Part shown: in pieces, positions 27,740-37,293 of the stretch
How the letters are laid out: each line of letters begins with the position of its first letter
How positions within the stretch are numbered: the stretch's first letter is position 1
From: Candidatus Latescibacterota bacterium
GTDB taxonomy: Bacteria > Latescibacterota > UBA2968
Reading direction: 5' to 3'
Length of the DNA stretch: 64,000 nucleotides
Assembly (NCBI GenBank): GCA_965222605.1
Contig: OZ244960.1
Location: 6,176,001-6,240,000 of the forward strand
The notes under the pieces: generated by a model
Seen by the model: only the letters and a program-made list of their open reading frames with translations
What the model was told of the DNA's origin: nothing
Databases searched by the model: none
Made by a program: the position numbers and the translations under genes

Positions 27740-30270
27740 AATTTCGGTGATAGAAAATCTGGTAGCGGCGTATTTCGAATTGTATCCCATTCTGTGTGGA
27801 GGTCGTTGAGCCAGGAGGGGAGGGTTTGGAGGCGCGATTCGAGTTGGGCTTCGAAAAGCGATTCTGGTTCAACAGGGCTGCCGTTGGATTCGATTACCTG
27901 GAGGGTACCTTCATTAAAGGTGGCGGGGTCGCCGTGCAAGCCAACGATAATGGGCTGTACAAATCGGTCGCGCGCATCGCCCGGTCGCCAGAAATCGTAG
28001 TATCTCAGAATGCCTCGATGTTTGAAATTCCAGAGCACGTAATGCTTGAGGTGATTGGGATAATTGGCGAGGGATGCGCCGCTACCATACAGGATACCGC
28101 CATTGACGCGGTCGAGCAGGTTGGCATAAGGTTGGGCGCCATGGGAATCAATGCGTTGATTTGGACGCATGTCATAACGCCAATATACCATTCCAGTAGA
28201 GCGGCTACTCGTGCCCGGTCCATGCCAGTGGCCTGCGAGGTCTTCTGAAAGCCCGACCCATACGCCATAACCGCCATGGCTGGCAATGGATGAATGGCCC
28301 AGGTTTCCCGCCTGTGTGACGTGGTACACGGATATGGCAGAACCCAAATCGGTGTGAAGGGCGCGATTGCAATTGATAAATGATGTGCGCCGAATCCAGG
28401 AATTGACACATCGACTGAGTCGGAGCAAACTCCAGCCACCATCGTGAATGGCGTCTTTGTGGTGGACAAATTCATCCAACCATGTGCCGTGAAAACTGAT
28501 GTCTTCGACGCCGATTTCCTCGAGGTGCTGATATTCGCGCACGGTCCAGTTATACGTGTGGTTGACATCGGTGTGCAGGGGTTCATTGAGGCGAATCCGA
28601 TTGCCCTGTATTTCGGCAATGCTGTGCTTTTCGCGCACCTGGATACCATTGGTCAGCAGGGCCGTCCAGATGGATTCTGCCGAGTACGGCGCGAGAAATT
28701 CTGTGACTGCTGCGGTGCTGTTCATATAGAGCGTTATCCATTGACCAGGAACGAGTCTGGAGGCATCGGCCACTGTGATATAGAAAGTTTCTCGGGCGGC
28801 ACTTTCCGTGATGGACGTCAGGGATCTATCGCTTGTATTACGGGGGTAAAAAATGAACATATAGGGCGATGTCCACAGTTGTTCGGGATTGCGCGGCGGC
28901 ATGTAATTCACCTGGCGGATGATTGTGCCTCCGCTTCGGCTACCGCTTCCTCTGAGGATGATATTGCTGTTGCGGATGTAGATGGGCTGGTTGTTGTCGG
29001 CGTTGGTGTTCACCAGAAATTCGCCCGGAGGGAAGAAGACAATGCCGCCGTTGTTTTGCTCGGCTGCAGTAATAGCACGTACGATAGCTGCCTGGTCGGA
29101 GAGGCCATCGTTGGGGATGGCGCCATAAGCGGTGACGTCGAATACGTCGCCCTGGATATCGGGAACGGGTTTGTCAAAGTAGTGATAGCCCGAGTATGAA
29201 AAATCGGGTAAAATGGGTTCTGTGCCATTCTCTTTGGCCGCTACAAACTGTGTCCAGGTGCGTGCGGGGCCAATCTGGGGGACGTAAGATATCCAATTGC
29301 TCCGCGTCTGGATAAAATCTGCAACTTGCGCCCAAATTGGGATGGGATGTGTATCGGAGGGGTTGCGTGAGGTGAGGAGGGATTTGGGGATTGGTACGCG
29401 AATCCGGGTTGTTCCCGCCTCAATGGTCTGTGTCAACAGGGTCTGCGTTTCGGTTCCCACCGCAATGCTCAACTGTTGTGTGGTGTGGTTTTCAAATGCG
29501 ATGGGTATGTACCACTGCGTGCCGCCAGATCCGAATCCAGCGGCGAAAGTGAGAAAATCTCCAAAACCGATTTGTCCGTCAGAATCGAGATCGTACACAG
29601 GATCGTATCCCGAATCGGTCTGCGTTGTACCGAATTTCTGAGCAAAGAGAATAAAATCAGTGAAGCCAACGGCTCCGTTGCCATCAAAATCGAGATGGGT
29701 AATGGAGCTTGTTTCCTTTACTGGCGCGTCAACTTGCCATGAAAAGGTCTGATCGACGGTTGCAATATGGTCGATGAACAGGCGCGCATTTGAATTTGGA
29801 CTGGTTTCTGTTCTAAATGTGATGTATCGTTGGTTGTAATCGGGTTCTCTTCCCCAGTTATCGTATTGGGGTTTTGCCAGTTCTACAACAGTAAGTTGCC
29901 ACCCCTGGGGCGGTGTTTGTCCCCCCCAGATCGTATATACGGCTTCCATGCCGCCGACCAGGGGATAGTTGCGAACTTTGATTTTGAGGTCCCTCAGACC
30001 ATTGCCTTCTACTTTCCACCAGAAGCTCAGGCTGTGTTTTTTTGAGATGTCTTGACCAGTGCTAAAAAAATTGTAGGTAAAGAATCCCGCCTGACCTGCT
30101 GGCAGGGAAGCAGCGATGGCAAAGCGACCCTCTGGCGCGTCTTTAGATAATTGTAAGCCACTGGACCATCCGGAAAGATTGTCGCAATAGGTTAGCGTTT
30201 GCACCGGATCGCTGGCAAAGCAAGCACAGGCCCACAACAATACCATTGTGCAGGTGATGATTGATCGCAT
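27736..30270 (-). CDS. Secreted modular protein: CBM-like domain, dockerin-like EF-hand pair, pectate-lyase-like beta-helix/DUF4955
   Basis: Signal peptide; DFDGNGAVGFTDFILFAQKFG...YDLDSDGQIGFGDFLTFAAGFG; LPDFSYSGY, DVTAYGAIPND, FFPPGEF; C-terminal PESLFEAQL..RL. Confidence 0.8.
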   Translation of the reverse strand: MRSIITCTMVLLWACACFASDPVQTLTYCDNLSGWSSGLQLSKDAPEGRFAIAASLPAGQAGFFTYNFFSTGQDISKKHSLSFWWKVEGNGLRDLKIKVRNYPLVGGMEAVYTIWGGQTPPQGWQLTVVELAKPQYDNWGREPDYNQRYITFRTETSPNSNARLFIDHIATVDQTFSWQVDAPVKETSSITHLDFDGNGAVGFTDFILFAQKFGTTQTDSGYDPVYDLDSDGQIGFGDFLTFAAGFGSGGTQWYIPIAFENHTTQQLSIAVGTETQTLLTQTIEAGTTRIRVPIPKSLLTSRNPSDTHPIPIWAQVADFIQTRSNWISYVPQIGPARTWTQFVAAKENGTEPILPDFSYSGYHYFDKPVPDIQGDVFDVTAYGAIPNDGLSDQAAIVRAITAAEQNNGGIVFFPPGEFLVNTNADNNQPIYIRNSNIILRGSGSRSGGTIIRQVNYMPPRNPEQLWTSPYMFIFYPRNTSDRSLTSITESAARETFYITVADASRLVPGQWITLYMNSTAAVTEFLAPYSAESIWTALLTNGIQVREKHSIAEIQGNRIRLNEPLHTDVNHTYNWTVREYQHLEEIGVEDISFHGTWLDEFVHHKDAIHDGGWSLLRLSRCVNSWIRRTSFINCNRALHTDLGSAISVYHVTQAGNLGHSSIASHGGYGVWVGLSEDLAGHWHGPGTSSRSTGMVYWRYDMRPNQRIDSHGAQPYANLLDRVNGGILYGSGASLANYPNHLKHYVLWNFKHRGILRYYDFWRPGDARDRFVQPIIVGLHGDPATFNEGTLQVIESNGSPVEPESLFEAQLESRLQTLPSWLNDLHTEWDTIRNTPLPDFLSPKF

Positions 30271-30538
30271 TGTGTTTTCTCCTGAGCGGTCAATATAGGG
30301 TTGGGTAGTTCGCCTAATATACCCATTCAGCGCGTAGGGGAACAAGGTTTTTATGCCATATTGTCTGTTTGTACGGACACGCAGACAGATCGGTTGATGT
30401 CAAAATGAGGCGTTTGTGGCGATCTGACAGGTTTGGAGATGGGGTGGTACGCTGATAAAAATGGAAGGGAAAAATTTAAAAATTTTAAAGCACTTATTTA
30501 CAATAGGTTATTAAAATTTTTGAGAAAATTAAATATTG

Positions 30539-30554
30539 TGGCACGGGGGTTGCA
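30539..30554 (+). promoter_or_regulatory. Sigma-54 (-24/-12) promoter of hsp20
   Basis: TGGCACGGGGGTTGCA is an exact TGGCAC-N5-TTGCA match; AT-rich tract upstream. Confidence 0.85.
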
Positions 30555-30610
30555 ACAGAAATAGAGCGAGACGAACAAGCAACCAACAACCAATAACAGG
30601 AGGTATTAAG

Positions 30611-31045
30611 ATGGCACTTATTCGTTGGCAACCCCGTGAGTCTTTCGCGATTCAGCGCGAAATTGACGACCTGGTGAGTAAGTTCTGGGGCGATGTAAAC
30701 ACCTGGCACGGCACGGGCTGGTACCCCCGCGTGGATGTAGTGGAATCAGATCTCGAATTTACCGTTCACGCCGAATTGCCCGGGCTGAACAAGGATGATA
30801 TCAAGGTGACGCTCGAAGACAATGTGCTCACAATTGAAGGCGAGCGGAAGCACGAAGACGAGCAGAAGGATAAACATTTCTTCCGTCGTGAACGTTCCTA
30901 CGGGACATTCAAACGCGCTTTCAAGCTCGGCACAGAAGTACAGGCCGATAAAATTGCTGCGAATTACAAGGATGGGATTTTGAGTCTGACGGTGCCCAAG
31001 TCCGAAGCAGCAAAACCGCGGCAGATCGAAGTTGCTGTGTCGTGA
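30611..31045 (+). CDS. Hsp20/alpha-crystallin small heat shock protein
   Basis: PRVDV.E, AELPG, LTIEGER, RERSYGTF.R, A.YKDGILSLTVPK, IEV; AGGAGG RBS. Confidence 0.96.
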   Translation: MALIRWQPRESFAIQREIDDLVSKFWGDVNTWHGTGWYPRVDVVESDLEFTVHAELPGLNKDDIKVTLEDNVLTIEGERKHEDEQKDKHFFRRERSYGTFKRAFKLGTEVQADKIAANYKDGILSLTVPKSEAAKPRQIEVAVS

Positions 31046-31103
31046 GAAGTATGAAGGGAGAACACATGTAGGTCACGCATGTCGAAAGTCCGATGGACTA
31101 AAA

Positions 31104-31145
31104 AGTCCGGATAAACTTCTTCAGAAGTTCATTCGGGCTTTTTTT
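31104..31145 (+). terminator. Intrinsic terminator after hsp20
   Basis: AGTCCGGATAAACTTC-TTCA-GAAGTTCATTCGGGCT followed by a T-tract. Confidence 0.7.
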
Positions 31146-31364
31146 CGTATTGGCGCATCTGACTTCAGTCTCTCGCCTTTTTCCTCTTTACTCATTTTAT
31201 CCTGTGCTGTATCATTTGGAATCACAAATGAAAGCCATTTAAAGATGAATGTAGCACGCGGAATTTTTCTGCGTTCGTTGAGAGATCACTCCATGCTGCA
31301 ACAAGCATGCATTGGCTAACACTTCTTAATGTTAAGAGTTGTTAGAAAGAAAGGATCGGTATTC

Positions 31365-32405
31365 ATGGCAGAAAGAGTAAAAGTGGCTGCGTTGGGGCTG
31401 GCGCACGATCATGTGTGGTCAAATTTACGTACGCTCAAAGCGCAGGATAATGCCGTGCTGGTGGCTGGCGCAGATGGCAATGCAGAGTTGCGAGAACAAT
31501 TTGTCGAGGCAACGGGTTGTGAGTTGGTATATGATGATTTTGAAGCGTTGCTGGACAATGAGGAGCCGGAGGCGGTATTTGTGTTTACCCCGACAGCGCA
31601 TCACGCCGATGTGGTGGCGTTGTGTGCGCCGCGCGGGATTCATGTGATGGTTGAAAAACCGATGGCAGCGACCTTAGAGCAAGCAGATCGCATGTTGACG
31701 GCTGCGCGAAAGGCAGGGACGGTGTTGATGGTCAATTGGCCAACGGCGTGGAATCGCGGCATCCGCACGGCTTATCGGCTGGTGCAAGAAGGCGCAATCG
31801 GCCAGGTGTGGCAACTGCTGTGGCGCGGTGGGCATTGTGGGCCGGATGAGTTGGGATGTTCCGAACATTTTTGCGATTTCCTGTTTGATAGTCATCTCAA
31901 TGGCGCGGGTGCTTTTAACGATTACGGGGGATATGGCGCGAGTTTGTGTGTGTTGTTTTTGGGGCGGCCAAATCGCGTGGTGGGAATGGCGGGCCGGCTG
32001 TTGAAAACGCATTTGTCCGTGGATGATAATGGGATGATGATTTTGCGCTATCCAAATGCGATGTGCCGGCTGGAGATGACATGGACAGAAGCCGTGCCGA
32101 ACAAGCCGCCGCACGATTTGATGTTGCACGGGACGGAGGGGACAATTATTGCTGGAAATGATGTTGTTTTGTACACGCGCGATTGTAGAGATGGAGAAAC
32201 GGTTGCGCCGGATACATTGCCCGAAGGGGAAAATAATGCCTCCGAACATTTTATTTCTTGTATTCAATCTGGCGCATCGCCCGGTTTTGTGACTTGCGCG
32301 GATTTGTCGCGCAATGCACAGGAAATTATGGAGGCAGGGCTTATTTCTGCGACCAATGGCATTGCCATGTCATTGCCCATTGAAGATCATTTGTTCAGGG
32401 AGTAG
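31365..32405 (+). CDS. Gfo/Idh/MocA family oxidoreductase
   Basis: GLAHDH, HVMVEKPMA, NWPTAW, GAGAFNDYGGYG. Confidence 0.9.
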   Translation: MAERVKVAALGLAHDHVWSNLRTLKAQDNAVLVAGADGNAELREQFVEATGCELVYDDFEALLDNEEPEAVFVFTPTAHHADVVALCAPRGIHVMVEKPMAATLEQADRMLTAARKAGTVLMVNWPTAWNRGIRTAYRLVQEGAIGQVWQLLWRGGHCGPDELGCSEHFCDFLFDSHLNGAGAFNDYGGYGASLCVLFLGRPNRVVGMAGRLLKTHLSVDDNGMMILRYPNAMCRLEMTWTEAVPNKPPHDLMLHGTEGTIIAGNDVVLYTRDCRDGETVAPDTLPEGENNASEHFISCIQSGASPGFVTCADLSRNAQEIMEAGLISATNGIAMSLPIEDHLFRE

Positions 32406-32408
32406 GGG

Positions 32409-34679
32409 ATGAGGTGGTTTATTTTTGTCGTATTCACTATTGCTTTTGCCGGTCAAAGTGAGGGACAAAACGATGTAATTGATCGGGATAGTCTCGCAGT
32501 CTTACTCGCCGAAGTTCCAGTTGATACGCTGGTCGCAAAATTGGGCAATTCTCTGTTTTCACCTCCAGAGGGTACGGCGCGTATTTTGCGCGATGCTTAT
32601 GGCGTACCACATATTTATGGGCGCACTGATGTGGATGTAGCATTTGGTTTTGGCTATGCACAGTCAGAAGATCATCTCCTGCAGATGTTGAAGAATTTTC
32701 GCCAGGCCAGAGGACGTTTGGCCGAGGTCGAGGGGGCTTCGGCTTTAAAATTGGATGAAATGGCTTTGCGGTGGCGCATTCACAGTGTGGTTGGTGAACG
32801 GTATGGAGATATTCCTGAGGAGACGCGGCAATATATCGCAGCTTTTGTTGAGGGCATCAACCACTATATTGCAATTCATCGACAGGTGTTGCCGCAGTGG
32901 GTGCAGGATGTGCGAGCAGTAGATGTCGTGGCTCTTGCGCGGTGGATCTTGTTCTTGTTTGCCGAGCAGACTGGTGAATCCGAATTGTCCCATGTGGGAT
33001 TGGCGACAACGGTTCCCAAATTGCCGGGGTCCAATATGTGGGTTGTGGGGGCGTCTCGGTCTGGTAGCGGCGCGCCCGTGCTGGCGATGGATGTGCAGTT
33101 GCCATACACAACGCCCTTTCAGCTTTGTGAAGCACATTTGGTTAGCAACTCGGGGTTGAATGTGATGGGGGCGACATTTTTTGGATTACCGGTTATTTTT
33201 GCAGGTCACAATGATCACATTGCCTGGTCAATGACTTCCAATGATATTGATATTTTTGATTTGTACGAGGAGCGTCTGGATCCCATCAATCCCAGACGCT
33301 ATTTTTATGGGGACGGGAAAAGGCGCGTGGTGTCGCGGCATGTGAAAATCGGCGTGCATAGCGAGCAGGGAATTCGGGAAGTTGAGCGCGAGTTGCGCTA
33401 TACCGATCACGGCCCGGTTTATAAGACGATTGGCAACTGGGCTTATGCGGCGCGTACGAGTGTGGCAAATCGCGTGGATGCAATAGGGCAATTGCTGGGG
33501 ATGAATCGCGCGGTGACACTGAATGATTTTCAGCAGGCACTTACTCATTTGGAGTTGCCGGTTTTCAATGTGATATATGGCGATGTGACAGGCGAGATTT
33601 TTTATGTGTTTAATGGCCGCTGCCCCATGCGATCAGAAGATTTCGATTGGCGCGCGCCCGTGCCGGGCTGGACGCCAGAAACTGAGTGGAGAGGTGTGAT
33701 CGCATTTTCGCAATTGCCAAAAGTGCATAATCCCGTTTCGGATTTTTTGCAAAATTGCAATGTCTCGCCAGATGTGGTTGCGATTGATAGTGGTCTTAAA
33801 ATGGATGATTTCCCACCATTTTTGGGGTGGGGAACACCCAATTATCGCGCGCAATGGATTGTGAACAGATTGCTCACGCCTCGAAATATCGCGGTTGGCG
33901 ATATGCAGGTTTTGCTTCGGGATGATTACCTCGTTGACGCAGAAGAATATAAGGGACTGATTTATCGCGCTTATAACCGCGCCTGGCCTGTGCTACACGA
34001 TCCCAACTGGGAGGTAGGCAAGGCTGTTCAAATTCTCAGGGCATGGGATAATCGGGCGAGTTTAGAGAGTGTTGGCACGCTTTTGTTTTCGGTCTGGAAG
34101 ACGCGATTCGATTCGTTGTTCGCACAGATTCCGCAAAAGCGCGATATTTTTGTGCGGGAAAAGGTCGTATTGGAGGCATTGCAGCAAGCGGTCGCATATA
34201 TGACCGCGACTTATGGGCGGTTGGATGTGCCGTGGGGGCAGGTGCATCACTTGAAGCGGGGAGATCGCACTTTTCCGATAAGCGGTGCGCCTTCTGGCAC
34301 GGAGGCTTTGCATCAGACACTGACCAGAATAGAAGCAGATGGCACAATAGTTATCGAAGGTGGATCAGCTTTTGGGATGGTGGTTTCCCTGGTGCAGCCG
34401 GTGCAGTCGTGGGGTGCGCTGGTTTATGGCAATAGCGAAGATCCCGCGTCCCCCCATTATGACGATCAGGCCGATTTGCAACATCGCAATACATTTAAGA
34501 AGACGGTTTTTACAACTGGCGATTTGCAACCTGTTCTGACGGGTCTCACCACGGTTCCTTATGATCCCAAAGAAGTTGAGCGTCAATCTCTGAAGGTGCT
34601 CTGGATTAAGCAGTTGCAGTCAGGTGCGATTGCACCCGATTCTACGAACACTGAGCCAGAATCCTCACGCGACGATTAA
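32409..34679 (+). CDS. Penicillin acylase family (Ntn-hydrolase), secreted
   Basis: Signal peptide, RDAYGVPHIYG, FGFGYAQSED, GSNMW Ser nucleophile, HGP, FNVIYGD, SPHYDDQ. Confidence 0.92.
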   Translation: MRWFIFVVFTIAFAGQSEGQNDVIDRDSLAVLLAEVPVDTLVAKLGNSLFSPPEGTARILRDAYGVPHIYGRTDVDVAFGFGYAQSEDHLLQMLKNFRQARGRLAEVEGASALKLDEMALRWRIHSVVGERYGDIPEETRQYIAAFVEGINHYIAIHRQVLPQWVQDVRAVDVVALARWILFLFAEQTGESELSHVGLATTVPKLPGSNMWVVGASRSGSGAPVLAMDVQLPYTTPFQLCEAHLVSNSGLNVMGATFFGLPVIFAGHNDHIAWSMTSNDIDIFDLYEERLDPINPRRYFYGDGKRRVVSRHVKIGVHSEQGIREVERELRYTDHGPVYKTIGNWAYAARTSVANRVDAIGQLLGMNRAVTLNDFQQALTHLELPVFNVIYGDVTGEIFYVFNGRCPMRSEDFDWRAPVPGWTPETEWRGVIAFSQLPKVHNPVSDFLQNCNVSPDVVAIDSGLKMDDFPPFLGWGTPNYRAQWIVNRLLTPRNIAVGDMQVLLRDDYLVDAEEYKGLIYRAYNRAWPVLHDPNWEVGKAVQILRAWDNRASLESVGTLLFSVWKTRFDSLFAQIPQKRDIFVREKVVLEALQQAVAYMTATYGRLDVPWGQVHHLKRGDRTFPISGAPSGTEALHQTLTRIEADGTIVIEGGSAFGMVVSLVQPVQSWGALVYGNSEDPASPHYDDQADLQHRNTFKKTVFTTGDLQPVLTGLTTVPYDPKEVERQSLKVLWIKQLQSGAIAPDSTNTEPESSRDD

Positions 34680-34764
34680 ACCAACCCCCGTACGAACCCC
34701 AGGCCAGTTTACCAACGAAATGGTTTACAATTGACTATCCCTCAGGTCGGTTCATCTACACAGT

Positions 34765-34791
34765 GTAGGGGCGGTGCCTCTGTGCCCGCCC
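34765..34791 (+). repeat. GTAG-type REP-like palindrome, single copy in the window
   Basis: GTAG-GGGCGG-(N)-CCGCCC intergenic hairpin. Confidence 0.5.
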
Positions 34792-34834
34792 GTTTGGTGG
34801 CAGGGGTGTCTATTCGTCCATTTCAGGAGGTGTT

Positions 34835-37258
34835 ATGCGTCTTTGTTTATTTTTTTTCACACTGATGGCAGTTGTAACTCCCGGTCATATATATGCACAG
34901 GGCACAGTGCAACAGGTGGTGGGCGATCTCGTCTATGTGGAAGGGCTTTCGGCTGATCTGGATGACAAATTGCGGGTGGTGGGCGATGGCGGTGCGGTTT
35001 TGCAGGTGATCAAGGTGTTGCCCAATGTGGTGGTTGCGCGCGTGGTTGAGGAGAATGGTTCGCCTGTAAAACCCGACGATCGGACTCAGGTAAATGATGG
35101 CGCGCTTGCGGAGTCGCCGCGCAGGGTAGTGCATGCGGCGCGGGTTGCTGATGCGCCGCGCATTGACGGGCGGTTGGATGATGTAGTCTGGCAAGAGGCT
35201 CAGGCCGCGGAGGGCTTTGTTCAGCGCGATCCGAAATACTGGATGCCGGTAACCGAGCGAACGGTTGCGAAAATTATTTATGACAATAAAAAAATTTATT
35301 TTGGTTTTGAATGTTATGACAAAAATCCCGACCTCATTGTGACCAATAATATGCGCCGAGATGCACAGCTTTCTGGCGATGACAATATCCAGTTGTTGCT
35401 CGATCCGTTTAATGACAAACAGAATGGGGTTTTCTTTTTTCTAAATGCGCTCGGCGCTCGGGCAGATATGCTTTTGTCAAATGAAGGCCGAACGACGAAT
35501 GAAGATTGGGATTGTATCTGGGAGGCGCGATGCATACGTCACGAGGAGGGCTGGACTGCCGAAATAGCAATTCCGTTTGATCAACTCCGTTTCAATCCGT
35601 CTGATGAGATGGAATGGGGGATTAACATGGGTCGCTATATCGGACACAAGAACGAAGAGACCGCGTTTATTGTCGGGCGGCACACCCCGTCGCCCCGGCG
35701 GCGGTATCAAATGACAGATTTGGGGGTGTTGCGCGGATTAAAGGCCGTTAAAAGAAAGCGGCTGTTTCAGGCCAAGCCGTATGTGCTGCCGGGGACTTCG
35801 CGCAATTTTGCAGGTGATGAAGATGAAAATCGCACGTTTGAAGCGGGTGCAGATGTGCGCTATGGCCTGACATCCAATCTCGCACTGGATGTGTCTTATA
35901 ATACGGATTTTGCTCAGGTTGAAGCAGATCAAGAGCAGGTGAATTTGACACAATTTTCTCAGTTTTTTCCCGAAAAACGCGAGTTTTTTCTGGAGGGGGC
36001 ACAGTTGTTTGATTTTGGCGAGGCCGCGTCAAATCGCGGGGGCGATGTGCGTCCGCCAACGCTTTTGTTTTACAGCAGGCGGATTGGTCTGGATGGGGGA
36101 CAGCCCGTGCCGATTCTGGCAGGAGGCAAATTGGCTGGCAAAGCCGGGCGCACCAGCATTGGTGCGTTAAATGTTTTGACGGATTCTGAGATGTTGGACA
36201 CGCAGACGTTGCCGCGCAGAAATTTTTCCGTGCTGCGCATCAAACGCGATGTGTTCGCGCGGTCCAATGTGGGGTTTATTTGGGTAAATAAACAAAGCGA
36301 AGTGTCCGATGGCGGATGGGGCGACTACAATCGCGCGGGTGGTTTGGATTTCAGTTTTTCGCCTTCAACGGCGATCAATATACAGGCTTTTTATGCGCGT
36401 ACGTGGGATAAGGAGCAAGAGGATGTGGATGATGCTCGGTACCTTCGCTTTTCGTATAACGGAACCAAATACGCGGGTTCGGCAACTGTTCTGGATGTGG
36501 AGGACAATTTTGAGCCTGAAGCGGGATTTGTCAATCGCCGGCGCGGCATTCGAGGATTTCGGCGCTACAATGCCAATCTATCCTATTTGCCGCGTCCCAA
36601 AGTAGCCAATATCCGAAATTTGAGGTTCACACCCGATATTCAGGTGATTGAAGATGACGAAGGCGAAGTGCCGTTCTGGCGGTTCAGATTTGATGGTGTG
36701 CTCGCCCTTCAGACGGCCGACCGCTTTTTGGTGCGTATAGAAAGGACTCGTGATGTCGTCACGCGGCCTTTCAGACTGTCGAACAAGCGGCCCGACGTTG
36801 CCATTCCACCGCGCGAATATACTTTTACATCGTTCAGGCTGGGGCCGGATACGGCAAATTATCGCAAATGGCAGTTGGATTTTGATTTTCTGGTGGGGAC
36901 CTATTATACGGGACATCTGTATCGGGTGACAGCAGAGAATGCCTATCGGCCCAATGGCAGATTGGGTATTGAGCTGATTTACGATGGGAATTGGATTCGC
37001 TTGCCAGAGGGCAATCTCAATATTCAGGCATTGAGTTCGCGGATGATTTACTCGTTTACAACCGATTTCTTTTTCAAAATTTTCGCACAGTGGAATAATG
37101 ACAGCGAATCCGTGGGCGCAAATTTTTTGCTCAATTACCGGTTCCGCCCGGGCAGCGATATTTTCTTTGTTTACGACCACGGGTTTGGAACCGCTGGCGA
37201 TTTGCACCAGACCGGTCGCGCGGTGCTGCTCAAGGTATCGTATTTGATTGGGTTGTGA
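34835..37258 (+). CDS. CBM9-like/DUF5916 domain outer-membrane protein
   Basis: Signal peptide, PRIDGRLDD..W, GWTAEIAIPFDQLRF, NTDFAQVEAD, FFPEKREFFLEG, LFYSRRIG; beta-strand C-terminus KVSYL. Confidence 0.88.
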   Translation: MRLCLFFFTLMAVVTPGHIYAQGTVQQVVGDLVYVEGLSADLDDKLRVVGDGGAVLQVIKVLPNVVVARVVEENGSPVKPDDRTQVNDGALAESPRRVVHAARVADAPRIDGRLDDVVWQEAQAAEGFVQRDPKYWMPVTERTVAKIIYDNKKIYFGFECYDKNPDLIVTNNMRRDAQLSGDDNIQLLLDPFNDKQNGVFFFLNALGARADMLLSNEGRTTNEDWDCIWEARCIRHEEGWTAEIAIPFDQLRFNPSDEMEWGINMGRYIGHKNEETAFIVGRHTPSPRRRYQMTDLGVLRGLKAVKRKRLFQAKPYVLPGTSRNFAGDEDENRTFEAGADVRYGLTSNLALDVSYNTDFAQVEADQEQVNLTQFSQFFPEKREFFLEGAQLFDFGEAASNRGGDVRPPTLLFYSRRIGLDGGQPVPILAGGKLAGKAGRTSIGALNVLTDSEMLDTQTLPRRNFSVLRIKRDVFARSNVGFIWVNKQSEVSDGGWGDYNRAGGLDFSFSPSTAINIQAFYARTWDKEQEDVDDARYLRFSYNGTKYAGSATVLDVEDNFEPEAGFVNRRRGIRGFRRYNANLSYLPRPKVANIRNLRFTPDIQVIEDDEGEVPFWRFRFDGVLALQTADRFLVRIERTRDVVTRPFRLSNKRPDVAIPPREYTFTSFRLGPDTANYRKWQLDFDFLVGTYYTGHLYRVTAENAYRPNGRLGIELIYDGNWIRLPEGNLNIQALSSRMIYSFTTDFFFKIFAQWNNDSESVGANFLLNYRFRPGSDIFFVYDHGFGTAGDLHQTGRAVLLKVSYLIGL

Positions 37259-37293
37259 GATAGGTTCTATCACGAGAAAGGGAGGTGTAGCAA

